Shown here piece by piece: positions 9,327 to 19,304 of a stretch of 64,000 nt of DNA. Each line of letters begins with the position of its first letter. The stretch's first letter is position 1. Location: the NCBI RefSeq assembly GCF_002087085.1, contig NZ_MWQY01000006.1, forward strand, positions 62,001-126,000, read 5' to 3'. The notes under the pieces were generated by a model. The model had not been told where the DNA came from. It did no database searches and saw nothing but the letters and a program-made list of their open reading frames with translations. Made by a program: the position numbers and the translations under genes.

Positions 9327-10346
9327 ATGAAGGCCTTCCTGCAGAGAAGGGATGAACTTTTTCGTATTCTGCTGAAATCGATAATCTATTTTGGCGCGGT
9401 AGCCTATATACCGAGCCTTATCGCCTGCCTGCACGACGAGCTCTATCTGCTGGCGGTCATAGATACCCTGGGCTACCTCTCGTTGGTGGGGGTCTATATT
9501 TATCCCGGGGCCAGATACGAGCTGCGTCTTTTTACCACGGTCTTCGTTACCCTGTTTATCGGCGCGGCGGTCCTCATCGAGACAGGACCCTACGGTGCGG
9601 GGCATATATGGCTGCTGTGTGCGGTATTCATTGCGGCCCTGTTCAGCAGACCGCGAATAATTATCACATCCATCATTTGTACCCAGCTGATAATGCTGAT
9701 TTACGGAGTACTGAACGAGGCCCGCATGTTGAAGCATGAAATCCCATCCCTCAGCGTGTTTGCAATCTCCGCCAACATGCTGCTGATCTCCGTTACCGTC
9801 TCCCTTATAACCTATTTCCTGCTCCGCTCCCTGCAGGAGGAGGTCGAGGAACAGGAGAACCTCATGCGGCTTCTCCACCACAGGGTTAAAAACAACCTTC
9901 AGGCCTTTGAGAGTCTGATCGCCCTTTCCTCGGACGAGATCGACAGAAGCAGCGGATTGCATCATCGGGCCCGGGCGATCTCCGCAGCCAACAATCTGCT
10001 CCTGGATGCGCCGGAAACGGGGATGGTAGACATGGCAGAGCTGATCAGAATGCTCACCGATGCGTCGGCGATGGCAATTGATAATCAGGGAAAGCTGTCC
10101 GTACATGCGGAAAAGCTGAACGAGGTAGCCGTCGGCCTCTCGGACCTGATTGAGATTCTCAGGGACCTGAGGCCGCTGCGCTTTACTGTTCTTGAAGATA
10201 CAATATTGATACAGGGAGAGGGATCCTTTGGCCCGATAAGGGACAGGCTCAGGCTGCTGAATCACAGCCTGATTCCCGCCGAATGGCTGGATGTTCAGGA
10301 TGAGCACATCATCCTTCGCATTCCAGGCCTTAAATCGCCGCGGTAA
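9327..10346 (+). CDS. Membrane protein with a HisKA_2-type phosphoacceptor motif and a degenerate ATPase domain
   Basis: About 6 TM segments, then LLHHRVKNNLQ; no recognisable N or G boxes. Confidence 0.75.
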   Translation: MKAFLQRRDELFRILLKSIIYFGAVAYIPSLIACLHDELYLLAVIDTLGYLSLVGVYIYPGARYELRLFTTVFVTLFIGAAVLIETGPYGAGHIWLLCAVFIAALFSRPRIIITSIICTQLIMLIYGVLNEARMLKHEIPSLSVFAISANMLLISVTVSLITYFLLRSLQEEVEEQENLMRLLHHRVKNNLQAFESLIALSSDEIDRSSGLHHRARAISAANNLLLDAPETGMVDMAELIRMLTDASAMAIDNQGKLSVHAEKLNEVAVGLSDLIEILRDLRPLRFTVLEDTILIQGEGSFGPIRDRLRLLNHSLIPAEWLDVQDEHIILRIPGLKSPR

Positions 10347-11097
10347 TCCCCCCGTCCACGTACAGAAGCTGTCCGTTTACAAAATCCGAGGCCTGGGATG
10401 AGAAAAACAGCAGCGCCCCGATCAGCTCCGCAGGATCTCCCCAGCGTCCGGATGGGGTGCGGCCGCAGATCCAGGAGTCAAAGGCGGGATCATCCTTGAG
10501 AGGCTTGGTCATTTCCGTGGCGAAATATCCGGGGCCTATGCTGTTAATCTGGATTCCGTACTTCGCCCAATCCACCGTCATCCCCCGGGTCAGCATCTTG
10601 AGGCCTCCCTTGGAGGCGGCGTAGGGTGCGATGGTCGAACGTCCCAGATCGCTCTGGAGGGAACATATGTTGATTATCTTGCCTTTTCCCCGGGGCTTCA
10701 TCCCCCGGGAGACAACCGCCCTGGAGACCAGAAAGGCCCCGGTCAGGTTGACATCCAGGATCTTCCGCCACTGGTCTTCGGGGAACTCCTCCAGGGGTGC
10801 GCGGTACTGGATTCCCGCATTGTTGACCAGGATATCGATGGGACCGAAATTGCTTTCGATGTCCTGAATACCGGCATCGATGGACCGGGCATCGGAGATG
10901 TCGAAGGAGGATACGTATACATCGTAGCCCTCCCCTTTCATCTCTTTATAGGTCTTCTCCAGCTGTTCGGGATTACGCCCGTTCAGCACGACCCGCGCTC
11001 CGTTGGCGGCGAGGCCCCGGGCCAGGATGAGGCCCAGACCGCGGCTCGATCCGGTTACCAGGGCAATTTTATCTTTTACATCGAAGAGGTTCTGCAT
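10330..11097 (-). CDS. SDR oxidoreductase, gluconate 5-dehydrogenase (IdnO/KduD-like)
   Basis: TGSSRGLG, NNAGIQ, YAASKGG, GPGYFATEMT, RTPSGRWG and YVDGG motifs. Confidence 0.88.
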   Translation of the reverse strand: MQNLFDVKDKIALVTGSSRGLGLILARGLAANGARVVLNGRNPEQLEKTYKEMKGEGYDVYVSSFDISDARSIDAGIQDIESNFGPIDILVNNAGIQYRAPLEEFPEDQWRKILDVNLTGAFLVSRAVVSRGMKPRGKGKIINICSLQSDLGRSTIAPYAASKGGLKMLTRGMTVDWAKYGIQINSIGPGYFATEMTKPLKDDPAFDSWICGRTPSGRWGDPAELIGALLFFSSQASDFVNGQLLYVDGGITAAI

Positions 11098-11154
11098 ATG
11101 ATTTCCTTTACCTTGTTTGCAGATACTATACGGGAGGACGGGCAGAAATGCCAG

Positions 11155-11181
11155 AGGGGTCAGGCATAAAGCCGGACCCCT
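11155..11181. terminator. Stem-loop after the M24 gene
   Basis: AGGGGTCAGGC-ATAAA-GCCGGACCCCT with one mismatch; no clear U tract. Confidence 0.45.
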
Positions 11182-11184
11182 GTC

Positions 11185-12324
11185 TCAGAGCAGGAAGGAT
11201 GTATCGTGGGATGACAGGCGCACAGGACCGCTGTCGCTTATCAGGTAGTTATGTTCTATCCTGGCACCGAAGCCCTCGCCGTAGGCGCCGGGTTCCAGGG
11301 TGACCACATCTCCGGCGGCAAGCAGTTCCCTGCTGTCCGCCACAAAGAAGGGCGCCTCCGGATGTCCGAGGCCAAGACCGTGTCCCGCATGGTGATCGAA
11401 AAAGTCTCCAAAACCGCCTGCCTCGATGGCCTTTTTAACAGCCTTGAAAACCTCCCCCGCCGGTACGCCGGGGCGGAGTTTCTCCTCCCCCGCTTCAATC
11501 GCCCGGTGCAGGGCATTCTCCAGGTCCCGGTATGTTTTGGTCAGCTTCCCTGCCGCCACAATGGTGCTGGTGTAGTCTGCCCGGTACCCGTGGGCGTAGG
11601 GATTCAGATCGATGATGACCGGGTCCCCCTCTTCGATTGCCCGGGTTCCCGGCTGTCCCGTGGCTCTCCAGGCCCGTGGGCCGCTGATAAGATCGCAGAA
11701 GAGGTTGACCGTTTCGCCGGCGGAAGCGATAAGAGACTCATAGATTCTCCCGTACAGGTCGATCTCCCGTATCCCCGCCTTCAGCTCCGCTCTGGCCCGT
11801 TCATGACCCTTCCCGGTTATGTCCACCATGGCCCTGATGATATCCAGTTCATCCGGATCCTTTGCCCTGCGTTGACGATACACGGCATCGCTTATATCCT
11901 CGAGGCGGGTATTTTCCGGAGCGGCCCCTGAGGGAAAGACACCTTCCTCGATACCCAGCACAAGCTCCTGCCTGCCCGAAGACAACTCCTCCAGCAGAGC
12001 GGCGAGGGCTTTAAGGCCCTCCCGCCATACAGGCTTTCCCGGATTCACCGCAGCATCGTACCAGGTCCAGCTGCGGACCTCGTCGGCGAAGGCAAACTCC
12101 GCGTTCCCGGCTGCGGAATTGTTCACCAGCAGGATGCTTCTGCCGTCCCTGTCCAGCACCAGGTAGTTGGGTCCCCAGCCCGCGAGGGTCAGTTCCGAGG
12201 CCAGGAAACCGCTGTAGTAACAGACATGCCGGGGATTGGCCAGAACAATACAATCGCTTGTAACGCTGTCCAGGAGCTGTTTTCTCCGCCCGAGGCAGCC
12301 CTCTTCAGTAAGCCGGGGAATCAC
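11185..12324 (-). CDS. M24 (Xaa-Pro peptidase/creatinase-fold) hydrolase
   Basis: Creatinase-like N-domain; metal ligands in IIDLNP...YRAD, HHAGHGLG, TLEPG and RIEH. Confidence 0.88.
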   Translation of the reverse strand: MIPRLTEEGCLGRRKQLLDSVTSDCIVLANPRHVCYYSGFLASELTLAGWGPNYLVLDRDGRSILLVNNSAAGNAEFAFADEVRSWTWYDAAVNPGKPVWREGLKALAALLEELSSGRQELVLGIEEGVFPSGAAPENTRLEDISDAVYRQRRAKDPDELDIIRAMVDITGKGHERARAELKAGIREIDLYGRIYESLIASAGETVNLFCDLISGPRAWRATGQPGTRAIEEGDPVIIDLNPYAHGYRADYTSTIVAAGKLTKTYRDLENALHRAIEAGEEKLRPGVPAGEVFKAVKKAIEAGGFGDFFDHHAGHGLGLGHPEAPFFVADSRELLAAGDVVTLEPGAYGEGFGARIEHNYLISDSGPVRLSSHDTSFLL

Positions 12325-13013
12325 AGGCGTCCTATAAGGCGGACCGGCGCGCCGGAGGCGAACTCCCCCTGGACCTTCAGGGGCGCCGGGATCAGTTCGA
12401 AGCTTTTATCCAGGACCCGGGTAATCTCCCCGCCCACGTTCTCGATAATGTAGATTCCCCGTCCCAGCAGGAAGCGGTGGTTCCCGGCCCGGAAGGGCTG
12501 CTCAGTGTATTCAGTGCGCAGATCGATGTCGGGAGCATCGATTCCGATGAGGCGCACCCCTCTGTCCGCCGCCCATTGTGAAGCCCCCTCATCGAGAGTG
12601 CAGTATTCCTCGTAATAACGGGAGGGGTCGCTCAGAAAGAGGGGAGCCCGTCCGGTATAGACGATCAGGGCGTCCCCCGCCTCCAGGCTCAGATTGTTCT
12701 TTTCCAGCCGCGCCTGGAGTTGTTCCGCACTGATTCCCCGGGAAGGCGGGGTTTCAGGTCCGTAATGTTCCGAAAGGTCCAGGGCCACAGCCCGTCCGAT
12801 CAGTTCCTGCAGGGGAACCTGGTCGAGTCGCCGTCCGTCCCTGACCATGTGCCAGGGAGCATCGATGTGGGTCGCCGTGTGGAGGCTGAAGGTGGCGAAG
12901 GCATGCCTGCAGCCATGGCTTGCAAAGTGCTGAACATTTCGGAAGAAGGGAAACCCGAAGGGATGAAAACAGTCCTCGTCAAAGCCGTAACTCAGATCAT
13001 AGTAACTTGCCAT
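12321..13013 (-). CDS. Cyclase-family metal-dependent amidohydrolase (KynB-like fold)
   Basis: HTATHIDAPWH (HxGTHxDxPxH-like), IGID, H...IIEN and GAPVR motifs. Confidence 0.88.
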   Translation of the reverse strand: MASYYDLSYGFDEDCFHPFGFPFFRNVQHFASHGCRHAFATFSLHTATHIDAPWHMVRDGRRLDQVPLQELIGRAVALDLSEHYGPETPPSRGISAEQLQARLEKNNLSLEAGDALIVYTGRAPLFLSDPSRYYEEYCTLDEGASQWAADRGVRLIGIDAPDIDLRTEYTEQPFRAGNHRFLLGRGIYIIENVGGEITRVLDKSFELIPAPLKVQGEFASGAPVRLIGRL

Positions 13014-13988
13014 CTATTTTCGCCCCTTCCCGTGACCGGCGGCCAGAATTATGCCGACAATGACTACCCCGGTGACGATGTACCGGAGACTGGCACCGAA
13101 TCCGATGATATTCAGGAGGTTTACGATAAGGTACAACAGTACCGAAGCGCCGATGATTCCCTGCACGTTGGAATCGCCTCCGGCGATGCTGGTTCCGCCG
13201 AGGACGACCACGGCTATGGAGTTCAGCAGATACTCGTCACCCATCCCGAGGGTTGCCCCGCCGGAGAAAGCCGCCAGAAGAACACCGGTAATCCCCGCGA
13301 ACATGCCGCTCAGGGTGTAGGTGATGAGTTTCCGGTAATTGACCTTGACCCCCGCCAGCCAGGCGGCCTTGGTGTTCTGGCCGATAGCCTGAATGCCCCG
13401 GCCGTAGGCCGTACGGGACAGGAGCAGATGAACCGCGAAGGAGAGCAGCACCACCAGCAGAAAGAGAATCGGAACCTGCAGGATCTTTATGTTTACAAAG
13501 GTCTCCAGTCCCCTGGGAGGTTTGATAAGCATTCCCCGAAAGAATACAATAGCCAGGGTCCGGACAATAAAACTGGAGGCCAGGGTCGCGATCATGGGAG
13601 GAATCAGGGCAAAACGGATCAGTATGAAGTTGAAAGCCCCCACGGCTGAACCGGCGGCAATCCCCGCGAGGATTCCCATAAAGATGCCGCTGTCCATTCC
13701 CCCCATCACCTTCATGGCAAAGGACCCCGCCAGGGCAATGGTATAGGGAATCGAAAGATCGATATTCCCCGGGCCGTTGGTGATAACAAGCATCTGCCCC
13801 AGCCCCACCAGCACGAAGAAGGAGGCAAAGCTGATTGATGCAGCCAGAGTCTGGAAGGGGCTCCGGGAAACCATGGCAACCATCAGAAAAACGATGACCA
13901 CCCCGGTATAGGACCAGGCCCAGCGAATGGAAATGAAAGATTTAAAGAGTTCCCCGGGGGTTCTGTTGTTAACTGCAGTATCAGACAT
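13014..13988 (-). CDS. Sugar (CUT2) ABC transporter permease
   Basis: NIDLSI, PPMIATLA, GRGIQAIGQN and IAVVVLGGTSIAGG motifs. Confidence 0.92.
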   Translation of the reverse strand: MSDTAVNNRTPGELFKSFISIRWAWSYTGVVIVFLMVAMVSRSPFQTLAASISFASFFVLVGLGQMLVITNGPGNIDLSIPYTIALAGSFAMKVMGGMDSGIFMGILAGIAAGSAVGAFNFILIRFALIPPMIATLASSFIVRTLAIVFFRGMLIKPPRGLETFVNIKILQVPILFLLVVLLSFAVHLLLSRTAYGRGIQAIGQNTKAAWLAGVKVNYRKLITYTLSGMFAGITGVLLAAFSGGATLGMGDEYLLNSIAVVVLGGTSIAGGDSNVQGIIGASVLLYLIVNLLNIIGFGASLRYIVTGVVIVGIILAAGHGKGRK

Positions 13989-14952
13989 ATCGGACCTTCC
14001 CGCTTTTTTTCAGCTGGCTGTTGATGAACAGCACAGCGAGGATAATTATGCCCTGGGCGCCGATCTGCCAGTCCGGAGATATGCGCAGAAAGGTGAGCAG
14101 GGTTCCAACCAGGGTCATGGTACAGGCCCCCAGCACAACGCCCACGGCGGATACCGTTCCCCCGGCGAAGCTTCCGCCCCCCAGAACCACGCTGGCAACA
14201 GCAATAAGCGTATAGTTCCGGGCTATATTCGGGTCTGCGCTGGTAGTTATACCCGCCAGGGCAAAACCGCTCAGTATCCCGAAGAGGCCGACCATTCCGA
14301 ACACCGCCATCTGCAGCTTCAGCATGGAATGCCCGGACTGCTCGATCGCCTTTCTGTTGCCCCCCATTCCCCGAAGGAGAATTCCGAAACTGGACTTGAA
14401 GAGCAGCACGTGCAGCAGAATTGCCAGGATAACCAGAAAGAAAATCGGCATCGGAACCACAGGGGTTCTCATGTTCATGGCGCCGACCAGGAACTCAGGT
14501 ACGTTTCCCCCCGGATGAGGCTGGATCATTATCGCGAGCCCGGTCCATATGAAGGACATTCCGATGGTAACGACGATGGACTGCAGGTTCCGCAGATAGA
14601 GTACCGCACCGACCAGCATATATACGGCAATGATGCCGAAGAGCAGCAGGATTCCCAGCAGGGGTCTGGTGGGAAGGAGGGATCCGGCTATGCAGGTGAC
14701 CAGGCTCACCAGGTTTCCGATGGACAGATCGATCTCCGAGATCGTCATGGCGAACATCTGCGCTATCGTTGCCAGGGCTACGGGAATCGCCATATTGAAC
14801 AGCAGATTGAATCCGGTGTAGTTGATAACCCTCGGCCGCAGTACGAGAATCGGGACAAATACAATCAGTATAGACATCAGGGGCATGAGGACGTCCCGGG
14901 CGCGACCCTTGCGCCGCAGGCTCATTCTTTTTTCTCCCAGCTTGTTTTCCAT
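13981..14952 (-). CDS. Sugar (CUT2) ABC transporter permease
   Basis: EIDLSIG, LRGMGGN and VASVVLGGGSFAGG motifs. Confidence 0.92.
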   Translation of the reverse strand: MENKLGEKRMSLRRKGRARDVLMPLMSILIVFVPILVLRPRVINYTGFNLLFNMAIPVALATIAQMFAMTISEIDLSIGNLVSLVTCIAGSLLPTRPLLGILLLFGIIAVYMLVGAVLYLRNLQSIVVTIGMSFIWTGLAIMIQPHPGGNVPEFLVGAMNMRTPVVPMPIFFLVILAILLHVLLFKSSFGILLRGMGGNRKAIEQSGHSMLKLQMAVFGMVGLFGILSGFALAGITTSADPNIARNYTLIAVASVVLGGGSFAGGTVSAVGVVLGACTMTLVGTLLTFLRISPDWQIGAQGIIILAVLFINSQLKKSGKVRYV

Positions 14953-14972
14953 ATACTCTCTTCTCTTATCTC

Positions 14973-16430
14973 TTAAAATGATGCTTTAAGAATATCTTCT
15001 TCGCTCGCTTCGGACGCGAGGAGCTCGGCGATGATCTTTCCGCCCTTGAAAACATACAGACGATCGCAGTACTGCAGTTCGTCCATCTCGGTGGTGTACC
15101 AGACGAAGCTCCTGCCTGCTTCCCGTTCCTTCAGAATGCGGCGGTAGATAACCTCCTTGGTCCCCACATCGACTCCCCGGGTCGGATCATCCATGAGTAC
15201 AATCTTTGCCGAGGACTCAAGACAGCGGGAAAAGATCGCCTTCTGCTGGTTTCCGCCGCTCAAACTCAGAATATTGTCTTCGATGGAACCGGCCTTGATA
15301 TCGATCTCGTCCCGCCATCGCCTGGCGATATTCTCTTCCCTGGCGGAGTCGATCAGAAACAGCTTCCGGACCTTGTTGTAGACCTGAACAGTGATATTCC
15401 TGGTTATGGACCAGATCGGAAAGACTCCGTCGGCCTGCCGGTCCCCGGGAAGAAAGGTAACCGGAGCGTGAACCTGGTAATCCGGGTTCTTCCGCCCGTC
15501 AAAAAGTTCTATCAGCAGAGCAGTCTGTCCATGGCCCGCAAGGCCGGTAAGTCCCACGATTTCGCCTTCATGGACCCTGAGTTTTACCTCTCCGTTCTGC
15601 TTCCGTGGTTCGATCACGAGCTTCTTTTCCGCTGCGCCCTGGTCTTTTTTCGAAGCGAGGGCGGTCTCCGCCGCGGATTCCTTGGCTATATCGGCCTTCG
15701 CCTCTCCCATAAGTTCAATAATGCTTTCCCGGCTCGAGGTCGCCGTCTCCTCCACTCCGACCTTGATACCGTCCTTCATTACGACGATCCGGTCCGTGGA
15801 AGCCAGGACCTCGTCAAGCAGATGGGATATATAGATTACACTCAGCTTCTTTTCCCGCAGGGTGTCCAGGTAATCGATCAGCTGCTGGGACCGTTTATGG
15901 TCCAGGGCACTTGTCGGTTCGTCCAGGATAACCAGCCGCAGAGGCTTGTCGGGGGCGGTAAAGGCCTTGGCAATCTCCACCATCTGGCGCTGTCCCAGGG
16001 TCAGACTGCTTACAACTGAATCGGGGTGAATACCGTGGTCGGGGAAAATCTCGTCCAGGGATGATATAATCATCTCCCGGGCCAGCTTTTTCCATCCAAA
16101 TCCGGATATATTGGGATGAAAGACCTTGATGTTTTCCGCCACTGTCAGGTTCGGGCAGAGACTCAGCTCCTGAAATACTACGCGGATACCCTGGCTGTTG
16201 GCACTGAATATATCGTATCCGGGGGGCTGAAGCTCTCCGTCAATATAGAGTTCCCCTTCCGTCGGCGGATAGGTTCCGGTCAGGATGTTCACCATGGTGG
16301 ATTTTCCCGCCCCGTTATGTCCGACAATACCAAGACACTCTCCCTCAAAAATTGACAGATCAACCTGATGGAGTGCCCGGGAACTCATGAAATATTTGCT
16401 TATGTTTTTCAGTTCAATGATGGTTTTCAT
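14973..16430 (-). CDS. Sugar ABC transporter ATP-binding protein (double NBD)
   Basis: GHNGAGKST, ILDEPT, LSGGNQQK and MDDPTRGVDVG motifs. Confidence 0.94.
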   Translation of the reverse strand: MKTIIELKNISKYFMSSRALHQVDLSIFEGECLGIVGHNGAGKSTMVNILTGTYPPTEGELYIDGELQPPGYDIFSANSQGIRVVFQELSLCPNLTVAENIKVFHPNISGFGWKKLAREMIISSLDEIFPDHGIHPDSVVSSLTLGQRQMVEIAKAFTAPDKPLRLVILDEPTSALDHKRSQQLIDYLDTLREKKLSVIYISHLLDEVLASTDRIVVMKDGIKVGVEETATSSRESIIELMGEAKADIAKESAAETALASKKDQGAAEKKLVIEPRKQNGEVKLRVHEGEIVGLTGLAGHGQTALLIELFDGRKNPDYQVHAPVTFLPGDRQADGVFPIWSITRNITVQVYNKVRKLFLIDSAREENIARRWRDEIDIKAGSIEDNILSLSGGNQQKAIFSRCLESSAKIVLMDDPTRGVDVGTKEVIYRRILKEREAGRSFVWYTTEMDELQYCDRLYVFKGGKIIAELLASEASEEDILKASF

Positions 16431-16462
16431 TTTCGACCCATATCCCTCGTCAATTAATCAAG

Positions 16463-16489
16463 GGTCTCCTGCCTTAGGGGCAGGAGACC
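16463..16489. terminator. Intra-operon stem-loop after the binding-protein gene
   Basis: 11-bp perfect stem GGTCTCCTGCC-TTAGG-GGCAGGAGACC. Confidence 0.55.
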
Positions 16490-16519
16490 GATACATGAAA
16501 TCAGCACTCCCTGTATTTA

Positions 16520-17581
16520 TTACATGGGAAGCGGATCGGCGGGAGGCGGGTCTCCGGCCTTCCAGTTCTTGATAAGTTCCTGTACCCATTCCTGGGGATA
16601 GATTATGGAAGCGACGCCGCCGGGCTCGGTATTCTCAAGATGGAAATCCAGACTCTCTTCGGTTACCGTAAGGGGGGGCAGAAGGATCTCTTTGGGAACA
16701 TCCGTACCGTTCAGAACCTCAACGGCGGTCCAGAAGGCGATGGTGGCCACACCGGGGGCGATACTAATGGAGATGGTCTCGTAGCCGCTATCCTCTTTCA
16801 TCTCTTTCCAGATGGTCATTTCATCATAGCGGTTGCCCATCATGACCATGGGAATCTTTTTACCCGCGGCTTCGAAGGCCTTAACGGCTCCGTAACCGTC
16901 TCCCCCCTGGGTGATGACCGCATCGACCTTGGACAGAGAAGGAAGAATACCCGCGACCTCCCGCTGGGCAACGGACTGGGTCCAGTTACCGTAAACCTCT
17001 CCGATAATTTTGAGCTTCGGATAGTTCTTCAGTGCCTCCATGGCACCTTCGTGGATAGCGTCGTTTACATAGGTTCCGGCGAGTCCCCGGATCTCGAGGA
17101 TGTCCGCGCTGTCCATACGATCAGCGATAAACTCGACCTGGGCCGCACCCATGTACTGGAAGTCGGTAACCAGGCGCCATGCCCGTTCTTCGGTTATAAC
17201 ATTGTCAAAGGATACAACCACAATTCCCGCGTCAAGGGCCTGCCGGACCGCTCCGTTCAGGGCCGTGGGAGACGCAGCGTTCAGTACGATGGCGTCATAT
17301 CCTTCCAGAATCAGGTTCTGGATCTGGGCGGCCTGTTCCGCCGCGGAACTTTCGTTGGTCGTAAATACCGGAGCTTCTTTCACTATTCCCTTGTCTATGG
17401 CGATCTTTGCGGCGGTTTCCCAGTCCTTGATCATGGTCTGGCGCCAGGAGTTTCCGGCATAATCGTTGCTCAGGGCAATCCGGTAACCTCCTTTCTCGCC
17501 TGCTCCTTCCTTCTGACCCTCCGCAAAGGTGCCCATCGCGAAGAGCGACAGAATCAGTACGACAGCAATAACTCGTTTCAT
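16520..17581 (-). CDS. Sugar-type ABC substrate-binding protein (periplasmic binding protein type I)
   Basis: Start MKRVIAVV after an AGGAGG RBS; signal peptide ending FAEGQKE; IALSNDYAGNSWR and GIVVVSFD motifs. Confidence 0.92.
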   Translation of the reverse strand: MKRVIAVVLILSLFAMGTFAEGQKEGAGEKGGYRIALSNDYAGNSWRQTMIKDWETAAKIAIDKGIVKEAPVFTTNESSAAEQAAQIQNLILEGYDAIVLNAASPTALNGAVRQALDAGIVVVSFDNVITEERAWRLVTDFQYMGAAQVEFIADRMDSADILEIRGLAGTYVNDAIHEGAMEALKNYPKLKIIGEVYGNWTQSVAQREVAGILPSLSKVDAVITQGGDGYGAVKAFEAAGKKIPMVMMGNRYDEMTIWKEMKEDSGYETISISIAPGVATIAFWTAVEVLNGTDVPKEILLPPLTVTEESLDFHLENTEPGGVASIIYPQEWVQELIKNWKAGDPPPADPLPM

Positions 17582-17690
17582 ACATTGTCCTCCTGTTTGG
17601 TCTTGGTAAACGCCATGTTTACCTGTGTAAAATTGTACGAGGTGAATTTCCATAGCAGAATGGAAACATTTGTGAATAACTGGAAATTTT

Positions 17691-19304
17691 TTAAGGTTTT
17701 CCCTTTTTCGGGGATCTGTTTCCCCGGGAATACGCGGACGGAGAGATTCCAGCCTGTTTTCGGAACACCCTGCTGAAGTAAAAGGCATCCGCGTAACCCA
17801 CAGCTTCCGCGACTTCGCCCACGCTGAGAAGGGGGTCCTTGTCCATCAGTTCCATGGCCTTCCGAATCCTGAAATCCGTCAGGTAGCTGATAATTGAAAC
17901 CCCGAGCTGCTTCTTGAAAACACCGCTTATATAACTGGGGGTAACCGAGATATGATCGGCAATCTTATCCAGACTGAGGGAGGCATCCCGATGGTTTCCT
18001 TCGATATAGGCTTTCGCCTTCTGAACGATCATCCGGGTTCTGGAACTGACATTTCCCCGGATGCGCTGGAATATCTGGGAGACGATCTTTTCAAGCCAGG
18101 CCTGCATCTGCGGCAGGGACTCCATGCTCTGCACCGCGGCAAGGGCATCGGAGCCGTCCCTGAACATGCTGGAAAGGCCGATGGAGTTTTCATCCAGGAA
18201 CTCAATCATAACCGACACGGCATCCATAAGCGCCATTTCGCAGTATTGCCGGCGGGGACGCTGAAGTCGGAGCTCCTCGAAGAGTTCATGTATAAGTTCT
18301 GTTATTTCATCTTCACTTCCGCTTCTCAGCAGAACCATCAGGGAGTTCCGGTCCACCGGTGACCGGTAGGAGCTGCTCTCCTTATTCCCGTCCTTTTCGG
18401 GCTGCCAGACGTAGACCCTGTCCTCACCACTGTAAAAGCGCTCTCCCAGGGCTTTTCCGGCGTGCAGGTAGGCCTCCCCGAGCTCTTCAGGAACAGAAGC
18501 CACCGACCCGATCCCCAGGGAACAGCGGAACCTGAGCTCCGTGGAAATGTTCCGGCGCAGGTGTCCGGCAGCCTGAAGGACGGATTCCCCGGGTTTCTTC
18601 TCTGGTTCTGCATTCAGGTTCCCGAGCAGTACCCAGCGATTCTTTTTCATACACACCAGTTCAAGGGCTTTGAAGGTATTCCGGATAAACGAATCAAGAA
18701 CCTGCTGGAGCATCTCCCGGGTAAGGGGAACCTCCCCCCTGGTCTCAATAATTACGGGCAGAATGTTCCGTGAATCTATCTCTATTCCAAACAGCCGAAA
18801 CCCGTTTGCAATGTCCCCGGGACTCAGACGCCCCGAGCGGTTCAGCAGGGCCCGCAGAAAGTCACCCCGGGGGTCTTCCTGCTGAACTCCGGTATCCCGC
18901 TGTCCCCGTCGATACAGGGATCGCTCCTCTTCCACAATTACCCTGCGGGCAGTCTCCAGGGAACTGCGGAGTTCCTCCGGATCTATGGGCTTGAGCAGAT
19001 AGTTCAGGACCCCGATGCGGATTGCCCGTCGGGCGTAGCTGAACTCCTCATAGCCCGTCAGTATGATGATCACCATCCTTGGATACAGGGTCTTCAGCCT
19101 GTCCGCAAGGTCAAGACCATTAATAAAAGGAATATTGATGTCCACAACCGCGAGACGGGGAGTATGCTCCTCGGCGAACTGAAGGGCCTCTTCACTGTTC
19201 TCCGCCTGGGCAACCACGGTGAACCCAAGCTCGTTCCAGTCCACGGAGCGCAGGATGAGACTGCGGATCAGGGCCTCATCGTCCACAATCATCACAGGTA
19301 TCAT
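17691..19304 (-). CDS. YesN-like response regulator (REC plus AraC HTH)
   Basis: IVDDE, VDINIP and YLLKP receiver motifs; C-terminal YISGVFKK...VGYADAFYFSRVFRK. Confidence 0.93.
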   Translation of the reverse strand: MIPVMIVDDEALIRSLILRSVDWNELGFTVVAQAENSEEALQFAEEHTPRLAVVDINIPFINGLDLADRLKTLYPRMVIIILTGYEEFSYARRAIRIGVLNYLLKPIDPEELRSSLETARRVIVEEERSLYRRGQRDTGVQQEDPRGDFLRALLNRSGRLSPGDIANGFRLFGIEIDSRNILPVIIETRGEVPLTREMLQQVLDSFIRNTFKALELVCMKKNRWVLLGNLNAEPEKKPGESVLQAAGHLRRNISTELRFRCSLGIGSVASVPEELGEAYLHAGKALGERFYSGEDRVYVWQPEKDGNKESSSYRSPVDRNSLMVLLRSGSEDEITELIHELFEELRLQRPRRQYCEMALMDAVSVMIEFLDENSIGLSSMFRDGSDALAAVQSMESLPQMQAWLEKIVSQIFQRIRGNVSSRTRMIVQKAKAYIEGNHRDASLSLDKIADHISVTPSYISGVFKKQLGVSIISYLTDFRIRKAMELMDKDPLLSVGEVAEAVGYADAFYFSRVFRKQAGISPSAYSRGNRSPKKGKP

